Both the position numbers and the translations under genes were made by a program. From NCBI GenBank assembly GCA_964016885.1, contig OZ024740.1:306590001-306654000 (forward strand): a stretch of DNA of 64,000 nucleotides. The letters are read 5' to 3'. Source of the stretch: Eledone cirrhosa. Lineage: Eukaryota. Shown piece by piece: positions 24,765 to 38,559 of this stretch. Each line of letters starts with the position of its first letter. Positions within the stretch are counted from its first letter, which is position 1. The notes under the pieces were generated by a model. It made no database searches, was not told the origin of the DNA, and saw nothing but the letters and a program-made list of their open reading frames with translations.

Positions 24765-24960
24765 CAGTGGTTCCCAAAGTGGGTTCCTCGTGACCCAAGG
24801 GTTCCGCAAAGGAGCGTCTGGGGATCTGTGAAAAAATGTAGAGGAGTATATTTATATTACGACCATATAACAGTATTAGACTTTGTGGTCCCCCTCCCCA
24901 CCCCCAAAAAGTTTCTGAACCAAAATGGGTTCCGCGTGTGAAAAAGTTTGTGAAACCCTG
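24765..24960. mobile_element. hAT (Charlie-like) MITE
   Basis: CAGTGGTTCCCAAA...TTTGTGAAACCCTG TIRs; exact 8-bp TSD ccctagag. Confidence 0.85.
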
Positions 24961-25470
24961 CCCTAGAGATTTTAAGATACGACATACAGATAGTGGATTT
25001 GAGTGAGACTCGTTTCTCTGGGGAGGACCTAGAGACATCAAGAGAGATGACATAGTCGTTGTCATGAATAGGTACCACCAGGAAAACAGTTCGAACACTC
25101 AATGGATGTACAACCAGAAAACCTGGACAAGATTTTTAACAACAGAAAACTCGCCATATTGCTCCAAACTGCACATTACGATGGTAAGTAATAGGCCCAA
25201 TTGGGTGCCTTCTATCCCTAATAAAATCAACATCATCAACAGCAACATAAATAGTTGCAGCAATTGCAGCAGTGTTTACAAGCACAACCAAAACATTGTG
25301 AAGGACTGGCTCCACTAGTGCCATCACTAATCAAAGAGACATCAAACGATACTCTTTTACTCTTTTACCTGTTCGAGCCATCCGGCTGAGGCCATGCTGG
25401 GGAACCACCTATTTTTCAAAAATGAGCTGACGCTATACTAACAACAGAAACCAACAGACGCAAATGATAT

Positions 25471-25928
25471 AGACACAGATACATGTACAGACATATAATA
25501 GCCCTCCTCAGACACAGATACATGTACAGACATATAATAGCCCTTCTCAGACACAGATACATGTACAGACATATAGCAACCCTTCTCAGACAGATACATG
25601 TACAGACATATAACAGCCCTCCTCAGACACAGATACATGTACAGACATATAACAGCCCTCCTCAGACACAAATACATGTACAGACATATAATAGCCCTTC
25701 TCAGACAGATACATGTACAGACATAGCAACCCTTCTCAGACAGATACATGTACAGACATATAATAGCCCTTCTCAAACACAGATACATGTACAGACATAT
25801 AACAGCCCTTCTCAGACAGATACATGTACAGACATATAATAGCCCTTCTCAGAGACAGATACATGTACAGACATATAACAGCTCTTCTCAGATACAGATA
25901 CATGTACAGACATATAACAGCCCTTCTC
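25471..25928. repeat. 33-39-bp minisatellite, about 12 copies (acacagatacatgtacagacatataaYagcccttctcag)
   Basis: direct periodicity. Confidence 0.92.
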
Positions 25929-25997
25929 TTTTCCCAGCTTTTCTCTCTCTTTCTCCTTTCTCTGTTTCTCTTTCTATCTCCTTCCACCACTCCTCTC

Positions 25998-26061
<64 letters not shown>

Positions 26062-26889
26062 ACTTCAAATATCAAGGTCGAAAAGATCAGAATTTGGCAG
26101 AAAGCCGTAACGGGGCGAAGAAAGGACAACCAAACAACACAGAGAGCCGGAAGTTTTTTTTTATGAGACATCGAAGAATCCCTCCCCAACCACCAGTAGT
26201 TGTTGTTTTGGGTTTGTGTGTTTGTCTCTTCTTATGAAACTAGGGATATGGTATGTGGATGTGTAGGAAGGGAAAGTTGATATCAATTAAAATGAACCAA
26301 TGAGAGAACAGTTACTTGTGGCATACCGTTCGGTAAATCACGAATTCTAAACGTATTGTTATGGTATTCCACACGCATATATATTCATACAGTCAAAGTT
26401 TGTTTCAATTTAACAATCTAATGTAATTAAAAAGGCAAACAATACAATGCATGCGCTTATATGTTTAATGGTTCCCGCCAGTTTGACCAATAAAAAAAAA
26501 CGGGACTATCATCTAGTGCCCCTCCACCCATTCCTTTTAATTGTTGTTTCTATGTTCATTGTTCTACCATTATTGGTGTTATTATTTCTCTTGTTTTTGT
26601 TGTTGCTGTTGTGGCTTTTATTTTTTCTAATTCCGTTACTTTTACGTCTGATATACTGTTGGTACTGTCGTTAATGTTGACGTCATTGCCATCTCTGTTG
26701 TTGCAGATCATAAAGAGAAAGTAGATACAACCAAACCCACAATTAAAGGGGGTCGATTTATTAAGCTTCCTGTCACGCATTCTGTAAACAGAAGCGTCTC
26801 AATAGTATACAGGAAAGTTGGCTGAACAACGGGTCTGTATTGTTTTAATTTGGTTTGGAGACCGAGACTCTCGTGAGGAGTTTGTAGAT

Positions 26890-27165
26890 CAGGCATGGGC
26901 AACCATTTTCGAGAAGCGGGCCGCATGAGATATGGCTCATCATCAGGCGGGCCGCAAGCGCTAATTTACATTCGTGCCCACATTTAAAAAGAAAGGGTGG
27001 TAACTCAGGTTGTTTTGATTTGTTTCTTCAGAATTCGTACACGATGTTTTACTCGGTCGTAAAAATGATAGAAAGATAAATTACGACTGAAAAGTTAGGG
27101 TAAAAAAATCAGAAAGATCAGAAAGCTTCGCGAACCGCATGCAGGCTGCAGGTTGCCCATGACTG
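26890..27165. mobile_element. hAT (Charlie-like) MITE inserted in an old RTE fragment
   Basis: CAGGCATGGGCAACC...GGTTGCCCATGACTG; exact 8-bp TSD ttgtagat. Confidence 0.88.
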
Positions 27166-27879
27166 TTGTAGATACATGACTTCGGTTTCCTTTGTGCTGA
27201 TGATGAGGACGAAGTCATTGCATACAGAGTAGAACATGTATAGCAAAACGAAATGTGGCGAAATTGATGGTGTGTTGTGTAGCGATAGAATGTAGAGTTG
27301 ATACAGTGATGGAAGGAATTAGCTTGAGTGTGTTGTTGTTCATTTGAGCGTGACAGAGGTTGTAGTAGTAAAGTTATTGGCTTGCTCGGTGATTATGTAT
27401 AAAGTGAAAATTGTCCCATATAGAAATATGAACATTTTCACAGGTATTTGAAGGAAAAAGGGGAAAGTCGATTAAATCAACCCCGGTGCGTTATTGGTAC
27501 TTCATTTTATTGACCCCCGTAAGAATGAAAGGCAAAGCTAAACTCAGTGTGATTTGAACTCAGAATGTAAAGCCGTGACTATATGCCACAAAGCATGTTG
27601 TCAGGTGCTCTACTGGAACTTCAAATCCACTGTTCTACAGGTCTCACTAATTATAATTCTTTCTACTTTTTGGCACAAGGCCAGCAATTACCCCCAGTGT
27701 ATTACTGGTACTTTATTTTATCGACCCCGTAAGGATGAAAGGCAAAGTTAACCTCGACTGGATTTGAACTCAGATCATAAAGGGCCGTAACTCTATGCTG
27801 CAAAGCATGGCGTCCAACCCACTACTGATACTGCCAATCCACCGCCCTCTCACTAATTATAATAGTAATTATTTCTAAA

Positions 27880-28656
27880 GTTTTTAGTGTGAGGTGGAGC
27901 CGAAATTTCGAATTTGAACGAAATCGGTTGAAAAATGTGGGAGCTAGAGAGAAAAGGCGGAAATTTGAGCGAAAAGGTGGTATTTTCGAATATTTAAGCG
28001 GCTGTCACGCCGTTTCTGAACAAAAAATCCAAAATGTAAAGCCACTTTAAGACGTGAAATAATCAGATCTAGTGTAGTGTGAAATTTGAACAAAGTAGGT
28101 TGATTAATGTGGGAGCTAGAGCCGAAAAAGTGGAAATTTGAGTCTAAAAGTGGTATTTTTGAATATTTAAGCGGCTGCCACGCCGTCCCTGAACAACAAA
28201 TGCAAAATATAAAGATGTGCAATGATAAATTCTATTTTGCTTTAAAATTTGAACGAAATCGGTGGCAAAATGGGGGAGCTAGAGCCAAAAATCTTATTTT
28301 TCGATACCTAAAAAAAGGTGACCCCCCCCCCCCCCCCCCCCCCATCGATTTTTATCTGCAGAATGACCCCGGAATAAAAGAAAAACGATACGCTGATATA
28401 TAGAAAACACTCCCCGATGACTAATCTATGAGCCTGTAAAGTTTCATGAAAATAGGTCGTAAGATATAGGCCCCTATAGGTAATACACAGACACATACAC
28501 ACACACACACACGCATACTTAATTTTATATATATACAGATATATATATATATATATATATAGTATTTACGTATCGAGAGAGAGAAAAAAAGGGGAGGATA
28601 GGTGATACATATAGTTATTTGCCAAGTAGCGTATGCCAAAGGTGCTCGATACTAGT
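27880..28656. mobile_element. Helitron/Helentron-like non-autonomous element with about 175-bp internal subrepeats
   Basis: three tttgaac...aatgtgggagctagag blocks; ends ...gatactagt. Confidence 0.5.
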
Positions 28657-28763
28657 GCCGGCAGTATTAAATATTCGAAGTGTTAATATTTAGTGTGCTA
28701 GAGAGTTAGCAGAGCGTAAGCACGTGGGAAAGTAAGAAATCGGAGAATAGACCGTTAAAACAT

Positions 28764-28879
<116 letters not shown>

Positions 28880-28912
28880 AAAACTTATTTCCGCTCTACA
28901 TGGCTGAATACA

Positions 28913-29360
28913 ATAAATGTAATCTGAGTTTTTCGAATATTAATAATAACAATCGATTCGTTTGCAATTATGCAAACAAGCCTCAATTTTATAGCCATGT
29001 CAGTAGAATGAACACTTCATTCTTGCTCTTGTGTTGGCATGCGAACAGAACTGCATACACTAATATTTCTGGGTATCATCCTTCATCAGTACAGCTCACT
29101 GTTCACCTGCCAAACTCTCAGAGTTAGTGAAAATATATGCTATTTTCAAAGATACAGTGACTGATCGGCCTGATTTGCATATTAGCAGTATGATGAAGGA
29201 TGATACCCAGAAACATTAGTGTCTGCAGTTCTGTTTACATGCCAACACAAGAGCAAGAATGAAGTGTTCATTCTACTGACATGGCTATAAAATTGAGGCT
29301 TGTTTGCATAATTGCAAACGAATCAAATGTTATTAGTAATATTCGAAAAACTCAGATTAC

Positions 29361-29366
<6 letters not shown>
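28913..29366. mobile_element. fold-back element with about 184-bp arms, an 86-nt spacer and HHR-like motifs
   Basis: arms at 28913-29096 and 29183-29366; minus strand 29051-29094 reads CUGUA-CUGAUGA-AGG..CCA-GAAA-UAUUAGUG-UA-UGCAG. Confidence 0.75.
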
Positions 29367-29391
<25 letters not shown>

Positions 29392-29423
29392 CGGGGTAAC
29401 AAATAATAGTTAAATGCAGTCCA

Positions 29424-29457
<34 letters not shown>

Positions 29458-29497
29458 CATCTTTCGTTTATTACTATTAGTGTATATATATATAAGA

Positions 29498-29641
29498 TAA
29501 AGTACTTTAAAATAAAGAAACCGTGTAAGTGTATCACCCAAAAGACAAAATTCATAAAGCCCTATGGATTTAGATCGCTTGACAAGAGTTTTGCCTCAGG
29601 GGTGATACGCTTATTAGGTTTCTTTATTTTAAAGTACTTTA
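29498..29641. repeat. imperfect inverted repeat with about 55-bp arms plus tail, between (TA)n tracts
   Basis: taaagtactttaaaataaagaaacc...ggtttctttattttaaagtacttta. Confidence 0.75.
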
Positions 29642-29794
29642 CTGTGAACTTCCATTCAGTCAATTCTGGCCTTATTTGAGATAGATGTATTATTTGTATT
29701 TATAAGCTTCTCTGAATTATGTTCTAACAGGTATTATTCATTGAGATGTAATGTATATGACTGACTAATTTTTAAGTATATATATATATATATA

Positions 29795-30557
29795 CTAGCA
29801 GAGTGGCCCGGCGTTGCTCGGGCTTCTAAACATAGATTGGCATGTTTATCCCTCCTTTCTGAAACAGTACAGAGAAGTACGGAATACCTCGGCCTGGGGA
29901 TGGTGTCTACATTTTATGCTTATAAAAAAAATTCGTCGTAGATTACCAGGGGTTTAATTTAATTGGGTGCCTGAGAGTAAAATGTTCAACCCACGAAAGC
30001 CAAACGATAGGGTTAAGTAAAAAGGCATTCGACAAACCGAACATGTATTTGTTGTGCTATGGTACAATGAAAGTAATAGTTACAAAGCAGTAAGTATGTG
30101 AGACTGCAGTGGTGAAGAGCATGAAGGAATTTAGTTGGATACTTTTAATGTTACAAAAATTTACCCAATCTGATATAGACCGAACAGTTATATCGGATGC
30201 CGAACGCTTCGGAGTTACTATTGGGGTCACCATCAACAATTTCAAGGGATTTACGTTTAAGTAGGGATAATATAGTCTATAAAGAGAGGTAACTCTTTCA
30301 AAATATTAAAGTGTTGTCTCTCTAGAACATTGTAGACAAAATTTCCGAACAAACTGACAAAAAGGGCTTAAAGTTTTAGTGAAAAAAACGCCTTTAACAA
30401 CAGAAAATTGAAATATAAAAGCTGCAGTTAATATCTTTAGACCGCAAGGAATATATAAATGCAAGTTTGAAGTGAATCGGAGTAGAAATGTGGATTTGTA
30501 TAGACTTTGCCAAAATTAGGACACACACACAGACAACTTCAGTTTTATATGTATAGA
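29795..30557 (-). mobile_element. non-autonomous Helitron
   Basis: minus strand reads A|TC start, hairpin cccgagcaacgccggg and CTAG|T end, with the same terminal layout as 5570-6342. Confidence 0.7.
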
Positions 30558-30745
30558 TGTGTGTTTGTTTATGTGTGTAAAAGATAAACTAATATAACAA
30601 AATTAACAAAACAAACAGCAGGAATCTCTATAAAATGCATTGAGTACAATTTTTCTCGTTTGTAATTCAAATGTTAAACGCGGCTCATCTGAGTTTTCGG
30701 GGGTCAGTATATTCTTTCATTTAAAGAGTAGTAGATTAACAGAGT

Positions 30746-31013
30746 GGATGTCCGTGGCCTAGTTGTAAGGGTGTTGGACTTACGATCATAATGTCGTGGG
30801 TTCGATTCCTGGGCTGCGTTGCGTGTTGTGTTCTTCAGCAAAACACTTAATTTCCCGTTGCTCCAGTATACTCAGCTGAAAATGAGTACCAACAATAGCT
30901 GGGGGTTTAATCCTGCAACGGACTGGCGTCCTGTCCAGGGTGAAGTCTTTTACTCTCAGTCGCTTCACGCCATGAAACCGGGATAAGCACCGACCTAATG
31001 AGCCTTAAATGGC
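30746..31013 (+). mobile_element. tRNA-derived SINE, near full length
   Basis: A box gtggcctagttg, B box ggttcgattcc, LINE-like 3' tail. Confidence 0.75.
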
Positions 31014-31017
31014 TTAA

Positions 31018-31236
31018 CCCTTTAGCATTCAAACTAGCCGTATCCGGCTAGAATTCTCTCACCCCTTTCTGTTCAAATCGGCCGTAACTGGCCACTCATG
31101 TTGATGTTAAGGTATTGTTCCCAAAATAAATAATATCAAAATCTCGTAGATTCAATATTATGAGATAATTATGTTAGATAAAGACTCTACTATGAAAATA
31201 CAGTGGTATATGTAGAGTTTTGTGAATGCTAAAGGG
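31018..31236. mobile_element. piggyBac-type MITE
   Basis: TTAA|ccctttagcattca...tgaatgctaaaggg|TTAA. Confidence 0.9.
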
Positions 31237-31689
31237 TTAAGACAGACTTTAGACTAGATTAGCAGAATTAGGAGAGCGTCGGATAGAATACGATTGCGTT
31301 ATTTATTCTGGCGCTTTACAGTTCAAACCCAACCGAGGTTAACTTTACCTTTCATCATTCCGTAGTCGATATAATAGAGTGCCATTGGAGTTGATATAAT
31401 CAACACTGCCTTTCCACCAAATTTGCTGACCTAGTACCTAAATTAGAGATCAATATATTCTTTCATTTATTTTCATGTAGTGTATTATTTCTATTTCATA
31501 GGTTTTGTGAAAGATAGCGCCATAGTGTGATTCGTGGTAGGTTTCTATCACAATAATAACTCGTTCGCTACATTTTCGATGCCGAGAATGATAAAGGATC
31601 ATGTGAAATAAATGCCACACCTTATTTTTGTTGATACACCGATTTTATTGGCAAATGTATATATTACATCTATATGCATACATATATAA

Positions 31690-31922
31690 CAGGGGCGGTG
31701 GAAGCATTCAGAAATTGGAAGAGGGGCGGGCAAATTTGGACAATTTAGTTGTAGTGATTAGTTTAGCTTTTTGCACTCTAAAATGGTCAGAAAACTTCGA
31801 TATGCGATAAACATAACACGTAGCGCATATCCAACTAGACGTGTGTTTTGGTAGTTTGTGGAGAAATATAATTATTCGAGGGAGATGCACTCCCCCCCCC
31901 TCCCCAACCAAATCCACAACCA

Positions 31923-31925
<3 letters not shown>
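31690..31925. mobile_element. TIR MITE (caggggcggtggaa...tccacaaccactg); right halves also at about 560-660 and 36315-36417
   Basis: TIRs and the shared gtagcgcatat...gtgttttggtagtttg block. Confidence 0.6.
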
Positions 31926-31980
<55 letters not shown>

Positions 31981-32493
31981 CAGCAACAGCACAAACAGAA
32001 CAAACATCACAAATAAAAAACCCACCCCTCCCCGAAACATAACACACTACAAAACGCAAACACGCACAAGAACAACAAATAAAAACAAACACAACACAAC
32101 AAAAACTCTATACATACATTAACAAGAACAATAAAACGTTGATGAAAGCAATAGAAAATAACCCTTCGGTGGAAAACGAATGGATCACTTTCACCTACGC
32201 AGCGAACAAACCGCACCTAATGATGATTAGGGTCCCAACGGAAACCTATGTAACTTTGAAAAAGAACCATCCAATGCATGTGGGGACCAACTGCACCAAA
32301 CCACTTAACCACGTCCTATTGAGATGTTTCCCCACCCCACACCAGATACCCACACCCCACCAAACACCCTAATCCCACCACATACTGATGTCCTCACCCC
32401 ACCACAAACCACCACCCCACCAAATAACTCTTCCAACACCCCCATGGAAATTGTGCAGCCTTTCCTCTTCCTTTTTAACTCTTCAGCACCAAC

Positions 32494-35400
32494 ATGGCCA
32501 ATATAAGAGTTGGATGTGTGAATGCACGCGGCCTGGGGATGTCCTGGAAACAGGGCAAACTCTTAAATGACCTCAGGTCGCACAGAGTGGATGTAATGGT
32601 TATTTGCGAGTCCAGGATCAGCAGCGAGCGCCAACTGGCCCCCATCTTCGACGACTTTGAGATCTACGCATCTCTCTGTCAGCCGAGGGGTGGGGGTGGG
32701 TTTGTCGTTCTGCTGCGAAAATACCTGGGTCTTGCCACACAGAAGGTACACCTGGACCCGGAGGGTCGACTGGTGGTTTTAGACGTCGGCAGTGGTGAAG
32801 GTGGAGCTTTCAGGCTGGTGGCAGCGTATGCCCCATCTGGGACACCGCGACCGGACTTCTTCCGACGCCTGGAGAATTTCCTGGGAACGTTTCGCTCCTT
32901 GCTTTTAGTGGGGGACTGGAATGGTATCCTGGATGCACGTTGGGACTATGTAGGGGCATGTCCCGATTGAGGGGGGGGGTAACAGCCTCAAACGATTAAT
33001 CGGCCGATTTGATCTGGCCGATAGATATCGACTAGATTTTCCGACTGTGCCACTGTGGACGTGGACTAATCGCAGCGGAAAATCTAGGTCGTACCTAGAT
33101 AGTTCCTAGTTAGAAATAAGGATAGGGACATATTAAGCTGTCCACGAATGTTCATGGTTGACTATTCGGATCACAAGTTGGTGACCGGAGTGGTCAACCT
33201 TGAGAGAACTCATAGACAGGGACCCGGTTACTGGAAGCTAAACTTGTCTTTACCGACAAAAAAAGCTTACAGTAAGCGGATTAGCACACTAGTTAAGCAG
33301 CGTTTGACGGGGGAAATTGTCAACAGCAGGTGGTGGGGCTCTCTCAAGAGAGAAATTAGAATAGAATCGATAGGTTTTAGTCGGGAATTAGCATCAGATA
33401 GGAATAGAACTGAAAGGGAATTAACAAATAGAGTAGAAGAGGCGATTAGGAGTGGCAACGTGGCCGGCGTGCTGGCGTCAGGAACGGCCCTAGACCAGTT
33501 CTTTGATGCGAAGCACGAGGGCTGCGTTGTCAGGAGTAAAATACGTGCTCTGGGTAACGAGGGAGCCAAAGCTGTTAGCTGGGCCCGAGTGACAGAGGCA
33601 AAAAGTGGAAACAAGTCCACGATTCGGTCTTTGAAGGACCAGGATGGACGCCTGATCCTTGAACCTGAGCGGATGAGCGCGGCCTTTCAATGGCGCTTTG
33701 CACGACTGTTCGGGAGGGGCGGCGGGCCGGGTGGACCCATGGATTTCGGTCCATACCTCGACGGTCTGGCGCGGCTCTCGGACGGGGAGGAGAAGTCCTG
33801 GGAGAGGCCGATTTCAGCCGCTGAAATAGGGGAAGCGCTGAGCCAATGCGGCAAACGCAAATCTCCGGGTCTCGATGGTCTACCATACGAACTTTATGTA
33901 GCGATGCCGGGCTTGTTCTCCGGTCTCCTCGAGGCGGTCTACTGCAACTGGCAACAGAACGGGAAAATTCCCAGTTCTGTGACCAAGGGCGTAGTCACGC
34001 TGGTGAGGAAGGACGAGAACAAGGGGGATGACATAGATAACTTCAGGCCCATAACTCTGCTTAACACAGAGTTAAAGATTTTGGCCAAGGTGTTAGCGAA
34101 GAGGTTGGCGCTTGTCGTGGGGAACCTGGTGGGAGAAGCGCAGACATGCACAATCCCGTCCAGGTCCATACACGACAACCTCCACCTCATGCGATACATC
34201 GTAGAGAGGATAGGGAACGAACCCGGCTTTGGTGGGGCCCTGATCAATCTAAGGCGTTCGATAGGGTTGACCATAGGTACCTGGATGCGGTGCTCGCGGT
34301 GGCAGGCTTCGGACCCGTTTTCAGGGGCTGGATTGCTACAATGCACAACAGCAACATCTGCTCGAGGGTCAAGGTGAACGGCTATCTCTCGGAGCCGTTC
34401 CAAATCACGCGATCCATCCGACAGGGATGCCCTCTCTCCTACCTCCTGTATGTGCTGGCTCTCGAGCCACTACTGCGGAAGCTGGAGCTGTTGCAGGGCA
34501 TCCTCTTGGAACCGGGATTCCGGAAAGCGGCGTCGGCCTACGCCGATGACGTGACAGTAATGGTGTCGTGCGCCTCGGAAATCGGGCAGATCGGCACCTT
34601 ACTGGAGGAATATGAAAGGTTCACAGGAGCCAAGCTGAACCGGGACAAGTCCGTCGGTTTGCAACTCGGGACGTGGAGGGGCAAAACGATTCCCTCCGAC
34701 GGCATCGTCGGACGCTGGATGGAGGGACCGGTGAAGCTGCTCGGGGTCTAGTTCGGACCGGACCTCCAGGTGGAGAAAAACTGGGACGAGGTAACGGGCA
34801 AGGTGTTTGCACTCGCCCAGAAGTGGGCCGAGTGCAAACTATCCCTGAAAGGTCGAGCGGAGGTGGCGAACGCTTATATAGCGTCCGTCATCTACTACCG
34901 CTTGACCGTCGTGCCTTGCCCAGAGAAAACACTCGCCAAAATGGAGCACGCGCTCTTCCGATTTCTTTGGAAGAAGCGGGCTCCTTTGGTGAGAAGATCC
35001 ATCTGCTGTCAACACCCTTCGATTGGAGGGCTGGGGCTGCCATGGCTGACGATGCGTAGACACGCATTAAGGCTACGGCACCTCCAAGTATTCCTCACCG
35101 GTCAGCCGGTGTGGGCCCTGTTTGTGAGGCGAGCCTTTCCGAGACTCGTCTCACTCACCGAACTGCAATCCTGGGTCAAGCAAAGACCGAGAAAAGTGGG
35201 CGAGTGGCACATTGAATGTGCCCAGGCGCTCACGGCCCTCTGGCAAGCGGATCCGGCAATCAGTGGAGACTCAACCACAACATTCTATAGAGGGTTGGTG
35301 CGCAGTAAGTGCGACGACGCTCTCGGAGAGGCTCTGGGCATGGAGGAAGATGAGCTAGCCAGTCTGTTCGGTAGGACGTTTGGCCCGGGACCGATGGACA

Positions 35401-35921
35401 ACTTCCAAAAGTCCCTGGCTTGGCAATGTTACCGAGGAGCTGACCCGTTCGGGACAAGCTCTACAGACACGGGCGCCCGGGTAGGGACCCCTCGAAGAAG
35501 ATCTGTCTGAGATGCGTGCGTGACGAGGAAATCGTCGCACACGCATTCGTACACTGCCCGGGCGTTGCTGATCTGTGGGGCTATGTGGAACGACTACTGT
35601 CGCGGGTGGGACCAATCCGGTTGACCACCGAGAACATTGTCACGATCAAACCGCCTCCTCCTTTCAAAAACGAAGGAGAGGCGGTTTTCCTCTGTGTGAT
35701 AGCTATGGCGAAAGAAGTTGTATGGTGGACAAGGTTGAAAGGGCTGAGGTCAGACACCTTTCTCTCCGGCCAACAACTGGTCTTTTCTTTTCAAGTACCA
35801 CTTTAGAAGAAGGATCAGAATGGAGAGAGAGGTGCTCTACCCCAGCAAGTTTTATGAAAGGTGGGTGAAAGTAGCGAGAATGGCCCGAGTGAATGGGCCT
35901 TCTCTCTATATCAGCCTGTAG
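32494..35921 (+). pseudogene. L1/Tx1-clade LINE ORF2 (APE endonuclease, reverse transcriptase, zf-RVT), disrupted by several frameshifts and stops
   Basis: NARGL, LLVGDWN, SYLD, SDH, KSPGLDG, FRPITLLN, DQSKAFDRV, RQGCPLS, YADD (34539-34550) and C-terminal C..C/HAFVHC. Confidence 0.95.
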
Positions 35922-36574
35922 ATGAGAGAGGAGAAGAATGAGAAGAGGAAGGAAGCACCCGCTCTTTGTGCTTCTGAAGAGGAGGGTTGCACATTTTTTC
36001 GGGGGGTGTGTGCGACCCATGTCAATACCCCTCCCTATTGAGGACATCGATTGTTAAATTTAATTTGTTATATGTTTTTTACACGTCTTTTTAAATGTAT
36101 GTAAACTCCCCCCTTTGTAGTTGTCCCAATCTTTGATGCCCTGGTGGCAAATAAATAGAAATATATATCTAATATACATCAATCTCTCCCCCTCTCTATA
36201 TCTAATATACAACACACTCTCCCAACCTTCCTCTCTATATCAATTACCACCAAACTCTCCCCCTCTCTATATTTATAACTATCTCTCACATCTATCTTTA
36301 CAAAACATGTACATAAATGGTAGCGCATATACAAATAGATGTGTTTTGGTAGTTTGAAGAGAAAAATCTAATTATGGGGGAGGGGCATGCCTCCGGCCAC
36401 CCTGTTCCACTGCCCTGTATACATACAGTTGTACATACATACATACATGCATACATACATACATATATACATGCGCACATACATACATGATACATACATA
36501 CATACATACATACATACGTACATACATACATACATACATACATACATACATACATACATACATACATACATACA

Positions 36575-36954
36575 TGATGGCTGCCCCCCTCGTTATCGAG
36601 TATGGCCATTGCACGATATACCATTATTAATAATTATTAATTAATTCTATCGTGCAATGCCTGTGCGCGAAGATATTTTTTAAAGTGAGTCAATCCCACT
36701 CTCTGAGCGACAGTAGCTATAACCCGAAAAGAAGAAAAGATCAACATCATCGGTAACTACTGAGCCGCAGGTTTTATATCGGAGTTATCCCAGTTTCCTG
36801 GGTTGCCTTCTCCTAGAAGAATGCCCTGACAAAGGCTAGGGGTCCTTCACTCCCAGTGGTTTAACCGCGCGGTACATATTTACACACTTTCGGATGGCCG
36901 TTGACTCTTATGAGTTCTTCCGCCCATACATACATACATACATACATACATACA

Positions 36955-36986
<32 letters not shown>

Positions 36987-37680
36987 CATGATGGCTGCCC
37001 CCTCGTTATCGAGTATGGCCATTGCACGAGGAGAAAAAAAAGAATTTATAAATTAATAAATAAATAAAAAATAAAATAAAATATATATATATATATATAT
37101 TTTTTTTTTTTATTTAATTTTTTATTTAATTATTAATTTATAATTTTTGGCAACCCCACCAAGGTTTCTTGGTGAGGAGGGTTACTTTGGACATCCTGCA
37201 GGACTAAAAACAAAACCTGTCAAAGGGCAAAGGAGCTCTTAAGAGTCAATGGCCATCCAAAATCACCGGGAGAGATGACCCCTTAGCCTTTGTCAAGGCA
37301 GAATTCTAGGAGAAGGAAAACTCTGATATAACACCTGCAACCCTGATGGTATCCAATGATGTTGACTTGTTCTTCTTTTTGGTAAATATCATCTTGGTTA
37401 AGAGAGTGGGACTGGCTTTGTGCAGTGCCTTTGCTCACTATAAAAGCTTCACGGCACAGGCATTGCTTTATATCTGGAGATCTCTCTGCACTTGTCGTCA
37501 CATGGTACCATGGGCCCAGCACTATGTGTCAGTAATTGTCACAGGTGTAGTGTTTGTACCAGAGTTTTCAAGTCGCTGGCTGGACTAAAAAGTCACACTC
37601 GTTCAGCGCATCGGTAGGGGTTCTCCTACATGGATATAAAGTAGTGGCCGTACTCGAAAACGAGTTGGCAGCCACCATGT
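36575..37680. mobile_element. cluster of non-autonomous RTE-like elements with a terminal stem-loop next to (CATA)n; relatives at 14545-14680, 18120-18385, 52540-52825, 52870-53690, 54427-54997
   Basis: shared terminal tggctgcc..ctcgttWtcgagtaYggcca and ctaggagaagg..aactc blocks. Confidence 0.6.
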
Positions 37681-38117
37681 ATGTATGTATGTATGTATGT
37701 ATATATATATACACATATACACACACATACATACACACACACACATATACATTAATAACAATAATAATAATAATAATAATAATAACAACAATAATAATAA
37801 CGACAACAACAATAATAATATACATATACATATATATATACACATACACGCACACACATAAACATACATATACACACATACACACACACACGATAGCAAC
37901 TAACAGCGCTGCGATCGAATGTGGTTTTTTTTTTTACATACATACATACATGCATACATACATACATACATACATACATACATACATACATACATACATA
38001 CATACATGCATACATGCGCACATACATACATACATACATACATACATACATACATACATACATACACATACGTACATACATAGTGGAAACCAACTGGTGT
38101 CCGAGACGGCCACCTTT

Positions 38118-38480
38118 TAGAAGAATAAGATACTGGCTATCAACACATGGGATGTTACTGTGATAAGGTATAGTGCAGGTGTGATAGAGTGGAGAGGAAA
38201 TGAACTTAAGGAGCTTGATAGAAAATGATGACACTATAAGGGGCTCTGCGTCCCAAAAGTGGCGTGGCCAGGTTGTATCTATCACGACAGAGAGGAAGAA
38301 GATATCTCATTAGCTGTGAAATGTGTGTGAAGTCGGAGGAAAATAATCTGGCATGGTATGTAAAGAATTTAAATGAGAGGTTGGTGGCAGGAGTAAAAAA
38401 GATAAATGTCCTAAACAGCGATGAAGCAAAGAAAAGGGGGGAATTTAAACAAGACAGATAGAATGACACATTGAATAGAT
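38118..38480 (+). pseudogene. R4/Dong-like RT C-terminal fragment
   Basis: KNKILAINTW...YSAGVIEW...ELKELDRK...PKS.VARLYLSRQRGRRYLI. Confidence 0.7.
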
Positions 38481-38559
38481 GGTAAGGCACGTTGGTGACC
38501 CTGATTTTCGTCACACGACCTCCACAGAGATCATAGCATACTGCTGGGAATTCATGTTT

